Below are positions 9,628 to 16,498 of a stretch of 25,106 bases of DNA, piece by piece; the stretch's first letter is position 1, and each line of letters starts with the position of its first letter. The notes beneath the pieces were generated by a model. That model worked only from the letters and a program-made list of their open reading frames with translations. It had not been told where the DNA came from and did not search any database. The DNA is taken from positions 1 through 25,106 of the IMG/VR virus record IMGVR_UViG_3300013767_000024, one strand, 5' to 3'. Origin of the DNA: a virus. Taxonomy: Duplodnaviria > Caudoviricetes. Both the position numbers and the translations under genes were made by a program.

Positions 9628-9641
9628 ATGTACACTACAAT
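9614..9641 (+). promoter_or_regulatory. Candidate sigma70 promoter for the antisense moron
   Basis: TAGACG (9614-9619), 16 nt spacer, TACAAT (9636-9641), upstream of a GGGAGA RBS. Confidence 0.35.
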
Positions 9642-9663
9642 CAAGAACTTACAGGGAGATTCC

Positions 9664-9909
9664 ATGGACCTCATGCACCGCGCCCAAGAGTGGCTGGCAG
9701 ACCGGGTTAGCTGGATCCAGTACCCGAAGCCTCGCGTCCGGAGTCTCAGCGGGCACGCCCACGGCTTACGCCTGCGCTGGCAACTGCGTCCCAAGATGAA
9801 CACGGCCGTCGCGCTGTGCCTGCCGACCGCGATGCTGTTTGTCCCCCGAGCGGGGGTCTATCTGGCGATCCTTTCCGCCCTCTTCCTGTTCGTCTACTTC
9901 AAGCGCTGA
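9664..9909 (+). CDS. Small antisense-oriented membrane protein (moron-like), 81 aa
   Basis: CAGGGAGA RBS before ATG 9664 (MDLMHRAQEW). Hydrophobic C-terminal half (AVALCLPTAMLFV...GVYLAILSALFLFVYF-KR). Fills the gap between two minus-strand genes. Confidence 0.7.
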   Translation: MDLMHRAQEWLADRVSWIQYPKPRVRSLSGHAHGLRLRWQLRPKMNTAVALCLPTAMLFVPRAGVYLAILSALFLFVYFKR

Positions 9910-10370
9910 GGCCTGCGCCAGCCCTTGCCAGCCAGCCACGCGAAGACCGTGGCGCCGATGATCTTCTTCACCCTGCCCTCGCTGTGAATCGCGGCCGGCC
10001 CGAGCACCGGGCGCGGTGGCTGGTTTGGCGTGCCCAGATCGAACCAGACCAGGTGCTGGTCGTTCGACCCTACCGCCGCCTCAGCGCCCTGCACCGTGCG
10101 CTCGATGGAATCGCGCATCGCCCCGGAGCGGTACCCCGGATCGTTCTCCGAAAACCCCAGCCGCGCGCGCTCTTCCTTCGTGGAGTCGGCGAGTTCTTCC
10201 CACTTGGGGAACGGGCCGACCGCGTCCTGGTAGTCGCCGATCATGCCCTGTGCGGTCTTCTGGATCTCCTCGCCGGCCTTGTCTGCGATGTGATGCGTGA
10301 CGGCCGGCCCGGCAGCAGCCAGGCGCTCAAGGTGAGCAGCAAAGGCCCCGAAGCTGTTGAATTGCTTCAT
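9894..10370 (-). CDS. HK97 gp10-like / virion morphogenesis protein
   Basis: RSGAMRDSI...VGSND...FDLGTPNQPPRPVLGPA resembles the E.GT..PRPFL.PA motif of this family. Confidence 0.75.
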   Translation of the reverse strand: MKQFNSFGAFAAHLERLAAAGPAVTHHIADKAGEEIQKTAQGMIGDYQDAVGPFPKWEELADSTKEERARLGFSENDPGYRSGAMRDSIERTVQGAEAAVGSNDQHLVWFDLGTPNQPPRPVLGPAAIHSEGRVKKIIGATVFAWLAGKGWRRPQRLK

Positions 10371-10579
10371 GCGTTGGGCTCCTTGAACCGCATCGCATCC
10401 CAGTCGAACTGGGCGCCCGCCAGGATCGAGAAGTTGATAGCGAAGGCGCGGCGCTCCACTACATCAAGTTGCAACGCATCCGCCCTTTCCTTCGGTATGC
10501 CCAGTGCCGCATGGAGCGGAACCCCGTTCTTCATGAGCAAGCAGGCCTCCTGAAAATCGGGGTTCCGGGCTAGTTTTTT
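10367..10579 (-). CDS. -1 frameshift extension (gpT-like part) of the tail assembly chaperone
   Basis: Slippery A AAA AAC at 10579-10573 just before the TAG. The -1 frame is open for 68 sense codons after the slip site (LARNPDFQEACLLMKNGVP...FDWDAMRFKEPNA) and ends in an ATGA overlap with the next gene. Confidence 0.8.
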   Translation of the reverse strand, partial: KKLARNPDFQEACLLMKNGVPLHAALGIPKERADALQLDVVERRAFAINFSILAGAQFDWDAMRFKEPNA

Positions 10580-10989
10580 AGCGCGGCCTTCGCGTCTTCG
10601 TCCACCTTGCGCTTCGCTTCCTCGTCAAGCTTCTTGCGCTGCTTGGCCCAGTGGTCGATGACGGCGTTGACACCTTCGTGCCCAAGGCGGCTAATCGCAG
10701 CGTCGATCTCGCGCTGAGTCTGCGGCAGCGGCATCGGCTCGCCATTGATCTCCACGACCGCCACCGCCGGAAACACGTAGCACTGCATGTACGCCTGGTT
10801 GATAGCGGCTTCGGCACCGACCAGACGAATCAGACGGCTCTCGGCTAGCACGTCCAGTTCGCCAAGCTTCAGCGTGCGGCCCTTCGCGTCGATGACGATG
10901 TTGTCGGGCAACTTCGGCTCGGCGGGCGCCTGGGCGGCTTCGGGTAGCACGGCGCCGCTGGTCAGTTCGAGAGTGGGTGTATCGGACAT
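10570..10989 (-). CDS. Tail assembly chaperone (gpG-like)
   Basis: 139 aa, directly after the tube gene, ends at a slippery sequence. Confidence 0.8.
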   Translation of the reverse strand: MSDTPTLELTSGAVLPEAAQAPAEPKLPDNIVIDAKGRTLKLGELDVLAESRLIRLVGAEAAINQAYMQCYVFPAVAVVEINGEPMPLPQTQREIDAAISRLGHEGVNAVIDHWAKQRKKLDEEAKRKVDEDAKAALKN

Positions 10990-11021
10990 GTTGGGTTTCC
11001 CCTGTAAAACCCCTGATGAGG

Positions 11022-11079
11022 GGCTGCGGAAACGCGCTCAGGGACGCGCGCTTTTCGATCGGCCAATCTATCCGCAGCC
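11022..11079 (-). ncRNA. Three-way-junction RNA element in the chaperone leader
   Basis: P1 GGCTGCGGA/TCCGCAGCC (9 bp, perfect). P2 GATT-GGCC-GATC. Junction GAAAA. P3 GCGCGC-GTCCCTGA-GCGCGT. Confidence 0.55.
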
Positions 11080-11085
11080 GGAAAA

Positions 11086-11517
11086 TCAGATCGGGATCTT
11101 GCGCGACGCGTCGAAACCGATCTTCACCTGCACGCGGTCATCGCCGACGAACTTTCCTGCCTCTTCGAGCCGGAGGGAGACCTTCGTGTAGCGCCACTGC
11201 TTCACCTGGCCATTCGACTCGCTCTTCGTCTCGGTGATGGTCGCGTAACCGATATTGATGCCGGCGTAGTAGTTCGCTTCGAGCGTGGCAAAGAAGTCGT
11301 CGACCGAGCTATCAGTGCGATCCAGTTCAATCGTCCCAGTCCAACCAATCGGAATATTGGCGTGGTTGTTCTCGCCGTTGATGGCGATGCTCTCGATCGG
11401 CTTGTACTTGGGCTTGGCTTCCCAGCCGGTAACGGTGGTTGGCAGGCGCAGCGGACCAGTGGGCGTCATGACGTCCAGCACCACGTCCCGACCGGTATTG
11501 AATGGACCGATAGACAT
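11086..11517 (-). CDS. Tail tube protein
   Basis: 143 aa, beta-rich, immediately after the sheath, with a GGAG RBS. Confidence 0.85.
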   Translation of the reverse strand: MSIGPFNTGRDVVLDVMTPTGPLRLPTTVTGWEAKPKYKPIESIAINGENNHANIPIGWTGTIELDRTDSSVDDFFATLEANYYAGINIGYATITETKSESNGQVKQWRYTKVSLRLEEAGKFVGDDRVQVKIGFDASRKIPI

Positions 11518-11530
11518 GAATCAGCTCCAG

Positions 11531-11559
11531 AAATGGAAAGAGCCGCACGGAGGCGGCTC
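11531..11559 (-). terminator. Hairpin with weak U-tract between sheath and tube
   Basis: GAGCCGC-CTCCGT-GCGGCTC followed by TTTCCATTT. Confidence 0.5.
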
Positions 11560-11573
11560 GGGTCAGGGATGGG

Positions 11574-13100
11574 TTAGAAGCTCTGCAACTGCTGGCGGCT
11601 GATCGTCACCGATTGGCCGCCTTCCTGGTTGATCAGAATCTTCTCGGCCACGGCCAGATAGCGGACGCGGACGTCGGCCTGCAGGTACCCGAGGCCGATA
11701 CGGTTGGCCGGGTTGTTGTTCATGTCGCACTGGACGGTGAAGTCGTCGATCTGGCTCTGCTGCTGCATGCCGAGATAGAAGTTGTCCAACGTGGCCTTCA
11801 CGTTGCGGCGCAGCGGGTCGGTCGGCTGAGTCGACTGCAGGCGGCCGTCGTAGATGCCCATGCCAGCCGCGGTGGTCGCCGCAAGGTAGTTGGTCATCCG
11901 CGTGTAGTTGTCGCCGTTGCGCGTCGGGTCCGACGAGCTGTTGTGGCCGATGCGCACGCCGAACTGGTTGCCTGCCGGGATCGGGTTGGTGATGACGTCG
12001 ATACCCGCCTGCGCCAGCGCCTGCAGCTCCGCGCCGGAGTACTGCTGATTCTGAAACGACTTCTGGGTGCCGACGACCCCATACAGCGGCTTGTTCAGCG
12101 ACGAGTGCTGCGGCGCCAGGTTGGCGAGCACGCCGACAACATAGCCCTGCGGCGAGATCAGGCGCACGCCGCCGTTCACCGGGTCGTTGAAGTAGACCCA
12201 GTCACCGAACAGGTACTTGAACGAGTAGTTGTCGATGCCGGCCGTAGCCTTCGTCGACACCGCGTTGCTGATCGTGTCGCCCGCTGCCGTAACGCCGATC
12301 ATGTAGGTGCCTTCGGACTGGCCGTAGGCGACCTGGTTGGCAAACGTGGTCGTATCCGACACGTCGACCAGCGCGGCGACGCTGGCACCGGTACCGCGCA
12401 ACGCATACATGCCCTTGCGGGGAATCGTGTCCTGGCCCAGCATGATCGCGCTGGTGATGGTCCCGGCGCCATCCAAGCCACCGGTCAGCGAGTACGTCGC
12501 GGCCGACGGCGCGGTGACACCCACACCAGCCGTCGCGACGATCAATTGCGATGGCCCGCGCGCGCCAACCTGCCCGTTATTGATGGCGTTGGCCATGTTG
12601 ACCCACAGCGCGTTAGCGGTGCCCCCGATGTTGTCGAACACCTCTGGCGTCTGGCCAGGCATCGACACGATCGCCTTCTGCGTGTTGGCCTGCGAGCCGG
12701 GAGCAACCTGCACCTGGATGCCATTGCCCAGCGTACCGGTGTACTTGCCGGTGAACGTGATGCAGTTCGTCAGCACGGCAATCGAGGCGGCGACATCGGT
12801 GCCATCCGTCACCCGCACGCAGCGGAAGTTGTTCGCTCCCTGCAGCACGGCAGCGGCTACGGCCGTGCCCATGTCGTACAGGCGGTTCTGGATCGCGCCA
12901 AAGTTGCGCGCGTAGTCGGCCATGCTGCCGACGATGGCCGGCGAGTTGACCGGACCCCACTGGGCGGTACCGACGAAGCCGGCCACGTTGGTCGGCACGC
13001 CGTTGAGCTGCGCCACCTGCGGCGCAATGATCTGCACGATCAGGTCGGGAACGATCAGCGCCGTCGTGTTGACCTGCCCGTACTGGACGATCTGGGTCAT
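11574..13100 (-). CDS. Contractile tail sheath protein
   Basis: Start MTQIVQ (GGAG RBS). GFVGTAQWGPVNSP, LAPQHSSLNKPL and CDMNNNPANRIGLGYLQADV are sheath motifs. Confidence 0.93.
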   Translation of the reverse strand: MTQIVQYGQVNTTALIVPDLIVQIIAPQVAQLNGVPTNVAGFVGTAQWGPVNSPAIVGSMADYARNFGAIQNRLYDMGTAVAAAVLQGANNFRCVRVTDGTDVAASIAVLTNCITFTGKYTGTLGNGIQVQVAPGSQANTQKAIVSMPGQTPEVFDNIGGTANALWVNMANAINNGQVGARGPSQLIVATAGVGVTAPSAATYSLTGGLDGAGTITSAIMLGQDTIPRKGMYALRGTGASVAALVDVSDTTTFANQVAYGQSEGTYMIGVTAAGDTISNAVSTKATAGIDNYSFKYLFGDWVYFNDPVNGGVRLISPQGYVVGVLANLAPQHSSLNKPLYGVVGTQKSFQNQQYSGAELQALAQAGIDVITNPIPAGNQFGVRIGHNSSSDPTRNGDNYTRMTNYLAATTAAGMGIYDGRLQSTQPTDPLRRNVKATLDNFYLGMQQQSQIDDFTVQCDMNNNPANRIGLGYLQADVRVRYLAVAEKILINQEGGQSVTISRQQLQSF

Positions 13101-13113
13101 CTGAGACTCCAAT

Positions 13114-13140
13114 AAAAAAGGCCCGCACTTGGCGGGCCTT
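13114..13140 (-). terminator. Intrinsic terminator-like hairpin before the sheath gene
   Basis: AAGGCCCGC-CAAGT-GCGGGCCTT running into a TTTTTT tract. Confidence 0.75.
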
Positions 13141-13165
13141 CAGGGCTTTCGGGAAAGGTGACTGG

Positions 13166-13336
13166 TCAGTCGGCGGTCTTGCTGGTCTTGTTCGGCGTGG
13201 CCGGCGGCGCAGCCCGCTTGATCACGTGGTGCTCGTTCTCGCCCGAGAGGATCTCGGCGACTTTCGCCGGATCGGTGATTTCGTCGCCCTTGGCGTAGCC
13301 GCCGAAGGGCTCGGAGACGGTCAGATGGAAGTCCAT
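13166..13336 (-). CDS. Small 56-aa protein missed by the ORF track
   Basis: GAGGA RBS then MDFHLTVSEPFGGYAKGDEITDPAKVAEILSGENEHHVIKRAAPPATPNKTSKTAD*. Fills the gap before the sheath. Confidence 0.8.
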   Translation of the reverse strand: MDFHLTVSEPFGGYAKGDEITDPAKVAEILSGENEHHVIKRAAPPATPNKTSKTAD

Positions 13337-13343
13337 GGAGTCC

Positions 13344-14213
13344 TCAGATGTTGGTCGTGGTGGTGTTCGGGTACAACTGGCTGTTCGTCGTGCCGTTGTA
13401 GCCGTTCACGCCGACAGAAATGTTCTCGACGATATCGACCACGGCCGTCGAGGTGGTTGTCACGGTCTCCGCGTACTCGACCGTCGCCATGATGTCGCGG
13501 CGGTATAGGACCGCCTTCTGTTTCATGTCGTCGTCGCGCTGCGACTTCAGGATCAGGCGCGCTGCCGATCCATCCGCCAGCGTCAGGAAGCGGGTATTCA
13601 TCAGGGTCGGAGCAATCAGGCTCGCGATCGCCTTTCGGTTGGCGGGCGTATTCGCCCACACCGTGATCTGGAAGCCCTGCTCGATGCGCCCTACTTCGGT
13701 CACCTGCTGGCCAGAGCCACCCACGCGCGCCGCGGCGATCGCAGGACCGGTCGCTGGCAGCGTGATCACCGCACCCGAGGCCGTCGTGCCTGCGAAGTCG
13801 GCGTTGATCAGGGCCGCCAGGGCCGCTGCCACGCTGTTGAGCGTGTCGGCACCGATGGTCTGGTACGTGTAGCCCTTCGTGCCGACGATGACCGCCGTAT
13901 TCACGCCGGCTGCGACCGTGCCGCCCACTGTTACCGTCCGGCCGTTGATGGTCAGCGTCAGCGCCGGCGGCGTGATGGTCAGGTCCTGCGGGACAGTCTG
14001 GTAGCGCGTCGTGTTCCTGGCCTCCGGCCGGTTGAACACGGATACGTGCGCAGTGCCCGCCGCCAAGTCCGCATCGAGTTGCGCGGATGTGGGCCAACCT
14101 GCGTACACGCGGCACGGCACACCGGGCGCCGAGGGCTGGCCTGTCCCGTTCGGGTACAGCACACCGGCGATCAGCGTGACCAGCGCATCGGAGACGTCGG
14201 AAAGATCAGCCAT
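13344..14213 (-). CDS. Tail terminator/completion-like neck protein with inserted beta-domain
   Basis: Position before the sheath; CRVYAGWP, FQITVWANTP and YRRDI motifs. Confidence 0.6.
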   Translation of the reverse strand: MADLSDVSDALVTLIAGVLYPNGTGQPSAPGVPCRVYAGWPTSAQLDADLAAGTAHVSVFNRPEARNTTRYQTVPQDLTITPPALTLTINGRTVTVGGTVAAGVNTAVIVGTKGYTYQTIGADTLNSVAAALAALINADFAGTTASGAVITLPATGPAIAAARVGGSGQQVTEVGRIEQGFQITVWANTPANRKAIASLIAPTLMNTRFLTLADGSAARLILKSQRDDDMKQKAVLYRRDIMATVEYAETVTTTSTAVVDIVENISVGVNGYNGTTNSQLYPNTTTTNI

Positions 14214-14214
14214 G

Positions 14215-14859
14215 TCACGTTTGCGCTTGCATCGCAGTAAGGCGCCAGCCCAGATCGGTCAATTCAGCGCTCGATATCACGTAGCGGCGGCTCAGATCGT
14301 CGGTGATGATGTCCGACGTCCGGAGCGTCACGCCGGCCGCGTGCGGCAACAGCACCGCCCACCATGGCGTCTTCACGTCGCCAGGCAGGCCGGCATCGTT
14401 GCGCTCGCCCTTGGTGCCCTGCAGGACGCTCGCTGGCCAGGCGGTCATCAGCGAAATCTCGGCAGCTGCTGTGTCTCCGCCATATCCCTGGGCACCGACG
14501 CCCGGCTGCTGCGCTGGCCGCAGGATCGAAACGGTGCGGTTGCAGTCGACCATGAAGATCGGCAGCAACTGCTGCAGCGCCGCGACGAACAGCGTGCCTT
14601 CGACGCCGACGATGTAGTCACCGACCTGCAGCTGCGCGCCGTCGGCCACCGCGTACCACGTCGCCTTGCCATACACGTTCGGGCGCGCAAAGCGCGGATC
14701 CTCGGCGTTCAGGCTGACCGGCATGTCCGCAAGGCGGTTGCCGGCCGCCAGCGGCGAGTTGGGACCGCTGGGCCGGTAATGCTGGTAGGTCGTGCCGATG
14801 TACTTGGCCGCCTTCGCATAGCCTGCCCAGACCCTGCCGTTGAGCGTTGTGCCGTCCAT
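14215..14859 (-). CDS. Head-closure/head-tail adaptor-like protein
   Basis: Synteny in the neck module. C-terminal DIITDDLSRRYVISSAELTDLGWRL beta-barrel-like segment. Confidence 0.55.
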   Translation of the reverse strand: MDGTTLNGRVWAGYAKAAKYIGTTYQHYRPSGPNSPLAAGNRLADMPVSLNAEDPRFARPNVYGKATWYAVADGAQLQVGDYIVGVEGTLFVAALQQLLPIFMVDCNRTVSILRPAQQPGVGAQGYGGDTAAAEISLMTAWPASVLQGTKGERNDAGLPGDVKTPWWAVLLPHAAGVTLRTSDIITDDLSRRYVISSAELTDLGWRLTAMQAQT

Positions 14860-15246
14860 TTACACCACCAGTTGCACGGATCCATCGCCACCACCGAGGC
14901 CGGGCCCGGGCGGCACACCGATGAACGAGCACAGGTCGCGGCGCCACTTGTTGAACAGTGCCGTGCGATCGCGCACCTCGTGCTTGTTGTGCGTCCAGAC
15001 TGCAGCCTGATCCGTGTCCAGGTTGGCACCGGCCGCGGGGATGGCCGTCTCCAGCGTCGTCAGGTTGGACAGGTACGTCGTACGCACTACCGTCTCCTCT
15101 TCCGCCAGCATGTTGTTCATGCGGTATTCGAGGGTGCCGTAGGCGGTGAAGAAGCGGTAGGACTGGAATGACGATGGCGTACCGCCGTACATCGGGTAAC
15201 CGCAGTGCCGGCGGATATCGACCTTCTCGGCGGTAGTGAAAGCCAT
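14860..15246 (-). CDS. Head-tail connector-like protein
   Basis: True start probably MAFTTAEKVDIRRHCGY (ATG 15246, GGAAG upstream). Helical 128-aa protein in the neck position. Confidence 0.6.
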   Translation of the reverse strand: MAFTTAEKVDIRRHCGYPMYGGTPSSFQSYRFFTAYGTLEYRMNNMLAEEETVVRTTYLSNLTTLETAIPAAGANLDTDQAAVWTHNKHEVRDRTALFNKWRRDLCSFIGVPPGPGLGGGDGSVQLVV

Positions 15247-15248
15247 GG

Positions 15249-15497
15249 TCAGTCTTCCTTGTGCTCCACAGCCGGAGCCTTGCGCTCGATGAGCATCTTG
15301 ATGTGCTCGACCTCGTCGACGACCTGGCCCTCGACCCACGACCAGAACTTGCCGGCGTCGTCGTAGAAGGCGTAGAGCGACTGCATGATCATCTTCTTCG
15401 GCAGCTTGGCCTTGGGCGCGGCGTCGGGCTTCTTGGGCGCGGCGTCGGCGCCGTCAGCGTTGGTCTGCGCGTTTGCGTTGTCTGCGTTCTGGTCCAT
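15249..15497 (-). CDS. Small head-associated hypothetical protein (paralogous family)
   Basis: GAGGTGAG RBS. Low-complexity N-terminus plus YAFYDDAGKFWSWVEGQVV...IKMLIERKAP. Confidence 0.7.
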   Translation of the reverse strand: MDQNADNANAQTNADGADAAPKKPDAAPKAKLPKKMIMQSLYAFYDDAGKFWSWVEGQVVDEVEHIKMLIERKAPAVEHKED

Positions 15498-15505
15498 TTC
15501 TCACC

Positions 15506-15814
15506 TCAGTCGTAGGAAACCGCAACGGTCTGGCCAGCGCCAGGCACGATGCAGATGCCGTTCAGGCACGGCATGTCGATCAGGTACGAGCCCACCACGT
15601 TCGGCCATGCGCCGACCTGGTTGGCCACCGTGTTGCCGGTCGGGCTCGCCGAGTCGTAGGCCGCGCCGCCGGCAGAGCCAGCGACCAGCACCTGAACACG
15701 GACAAGGCGGCACTGCCCAAGCGCGAAGTCCTTCGGCACCGTGGCCACGACTGCCGCAGCTGTGATGTTCAGCGTCGAGCTCTTGCCCTGACGGGTGTAG
15801 ACGCCATCGCTCAT
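15506..15814 (-). CDS. Putative capsid decoration protein (beta-rich)
   Basis: 102 aa with alternating beta-strand pattern, ending GICIVPGAGQTVAVSYD. ATGA coupling to the upstream gene. Confidence 0.6.
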   Translation of the reverse strand: MSDGVYTRQGKSSTLNITAAAVVATVPKDFALGQCRLVRVQVLVAGSAGGAAYDSASPTGNTVANQVGAWPNVVGSYLIDMPCLNGICIVPGAGQTVAVSYD

Positions 15815-15987
15815 TTCAGCTCCAGGTATTGCGCGCCGTGCTGGATCAGGGCCGCGATGTCAGCCGCATTGGTGACGTGCTGCCCTTCGTGGAATTGGCG
15901 CAGGATGCCGTTCTCCATCCAGCCGATCGACTCATCGATGAGGATGGAAGACGGGAGCGCCGACTGTTCTTCTTTCGGTTTTGCCAT
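15811..15987 (-). CDS. Small head-associated hypothetical protein (paralogous family), 58 aa
   Basis: Start MAKPKEEQ right after the upstream stop. Contains ENGILRQFHEGQHV...IAALIQHGA. Confidence 0.7.
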   Translation of the reverse strand: MAKPKEEQSALPSSILIDESIGWMENGILRQFHEGQHVTNAADIAALIQHGAQYLELK

Positions 15988-15988
15988 G

Positions 15989-16228
15989 TCAGACCACCGG
16001 AGCGTTGACGGCCGTGAAGGTCGCGGCCAGGGCCGCATCCACCACGACGGGGATGTTCTTGTAGAACTGGAGCAGATGGCCGTTGTGGCGCACCGCAAAG
16101 TTCTTGGTTGGCGTCTTGATGTTGCCGGCGCCGTACTTGGCCGTGAGCTGCGCAGCGGTCAGTTCCTGCAACTGGCCATTGCCCGCCGCGTGCGGGATGC
16201 TCGTCGGAGCGCCTGTGTAGTCGGACAT
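15989..16228 (-). CDS. Small head-associated hypothetical protein (paralogous family), 79 aa
   Basis: GAGAGG RBS, start MSDYTG. Contains HNGHLLQFYKNIPVVVDAALAATFTAVNAP. Confidence 0.7.
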   Translation of the reverse strand: MSDYTGAPTSIPHAAGNGQLQELTAAQLTAKYGAGNIKTPTKNFAVRHNGHLLQFYKNIPVVVDAALAATFTAVNAPVV

Positions 16229-16238
16229 GGCCAGCCTC

Positions 16239-16460
16239 TCAGGGTTGCGTGAAGGGAGCACCGGCCGCAGTCAATGCCGCCAGCAGGTCCGGGGTGACCA
16301 CGAAACTGTCACCCTGGGCGAACTGGAGAATCGAGCCGTTGTACGGGAAGTTGAAGGCCGCGGTGGCCGTCGCCGTTTTGCCGGAAAACTGCGCGTCGAA
16401 TTGCGCTACGGAGTCGACGGCGACGCTGCCGCCGACTTCGACCTCGATCGGATCGCTCAT
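16239..16460 (-). CDS. Small head-associated hypothetical protein (paralogous family), 73 aa
   Basis: First gene after the capsid. Contains YNGSILQFAQGDSFVVTPDLLAALTAAGAP. Confidence 0.7.
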   Translation of the reverse strand: MSDPIEVEVGGSVAVDSVAQFDAQFSGKTATATAAFNFPYNGSILQFAQGDSFVVTPDLLAALTAAGAPFTQP

Positions 16461-16467
16461 AGGTAGC

Positions 16468-16491
16468 AGGCGAGAGCCAAAGCCCTCGCCT
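16468..16491 (-). other. Stem-loop right after the major capsid stop (no U-tract; possible mRNA stabiliser)
   Basis: AGGCGAGGGC-TTTG-GCTCTCGCCT on the minus strand. Confidence 0.45.
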
Positions 16492-16498
16492 ATCCCCC

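Noticed and set aside
220-13100. Tailocin, extracellular contractile injection system or gene transfer agent
   Set aside because: Terminase, portal, capsid and nin/Q genes are contiguous with the tail genes, which fits an ordinary prophage.
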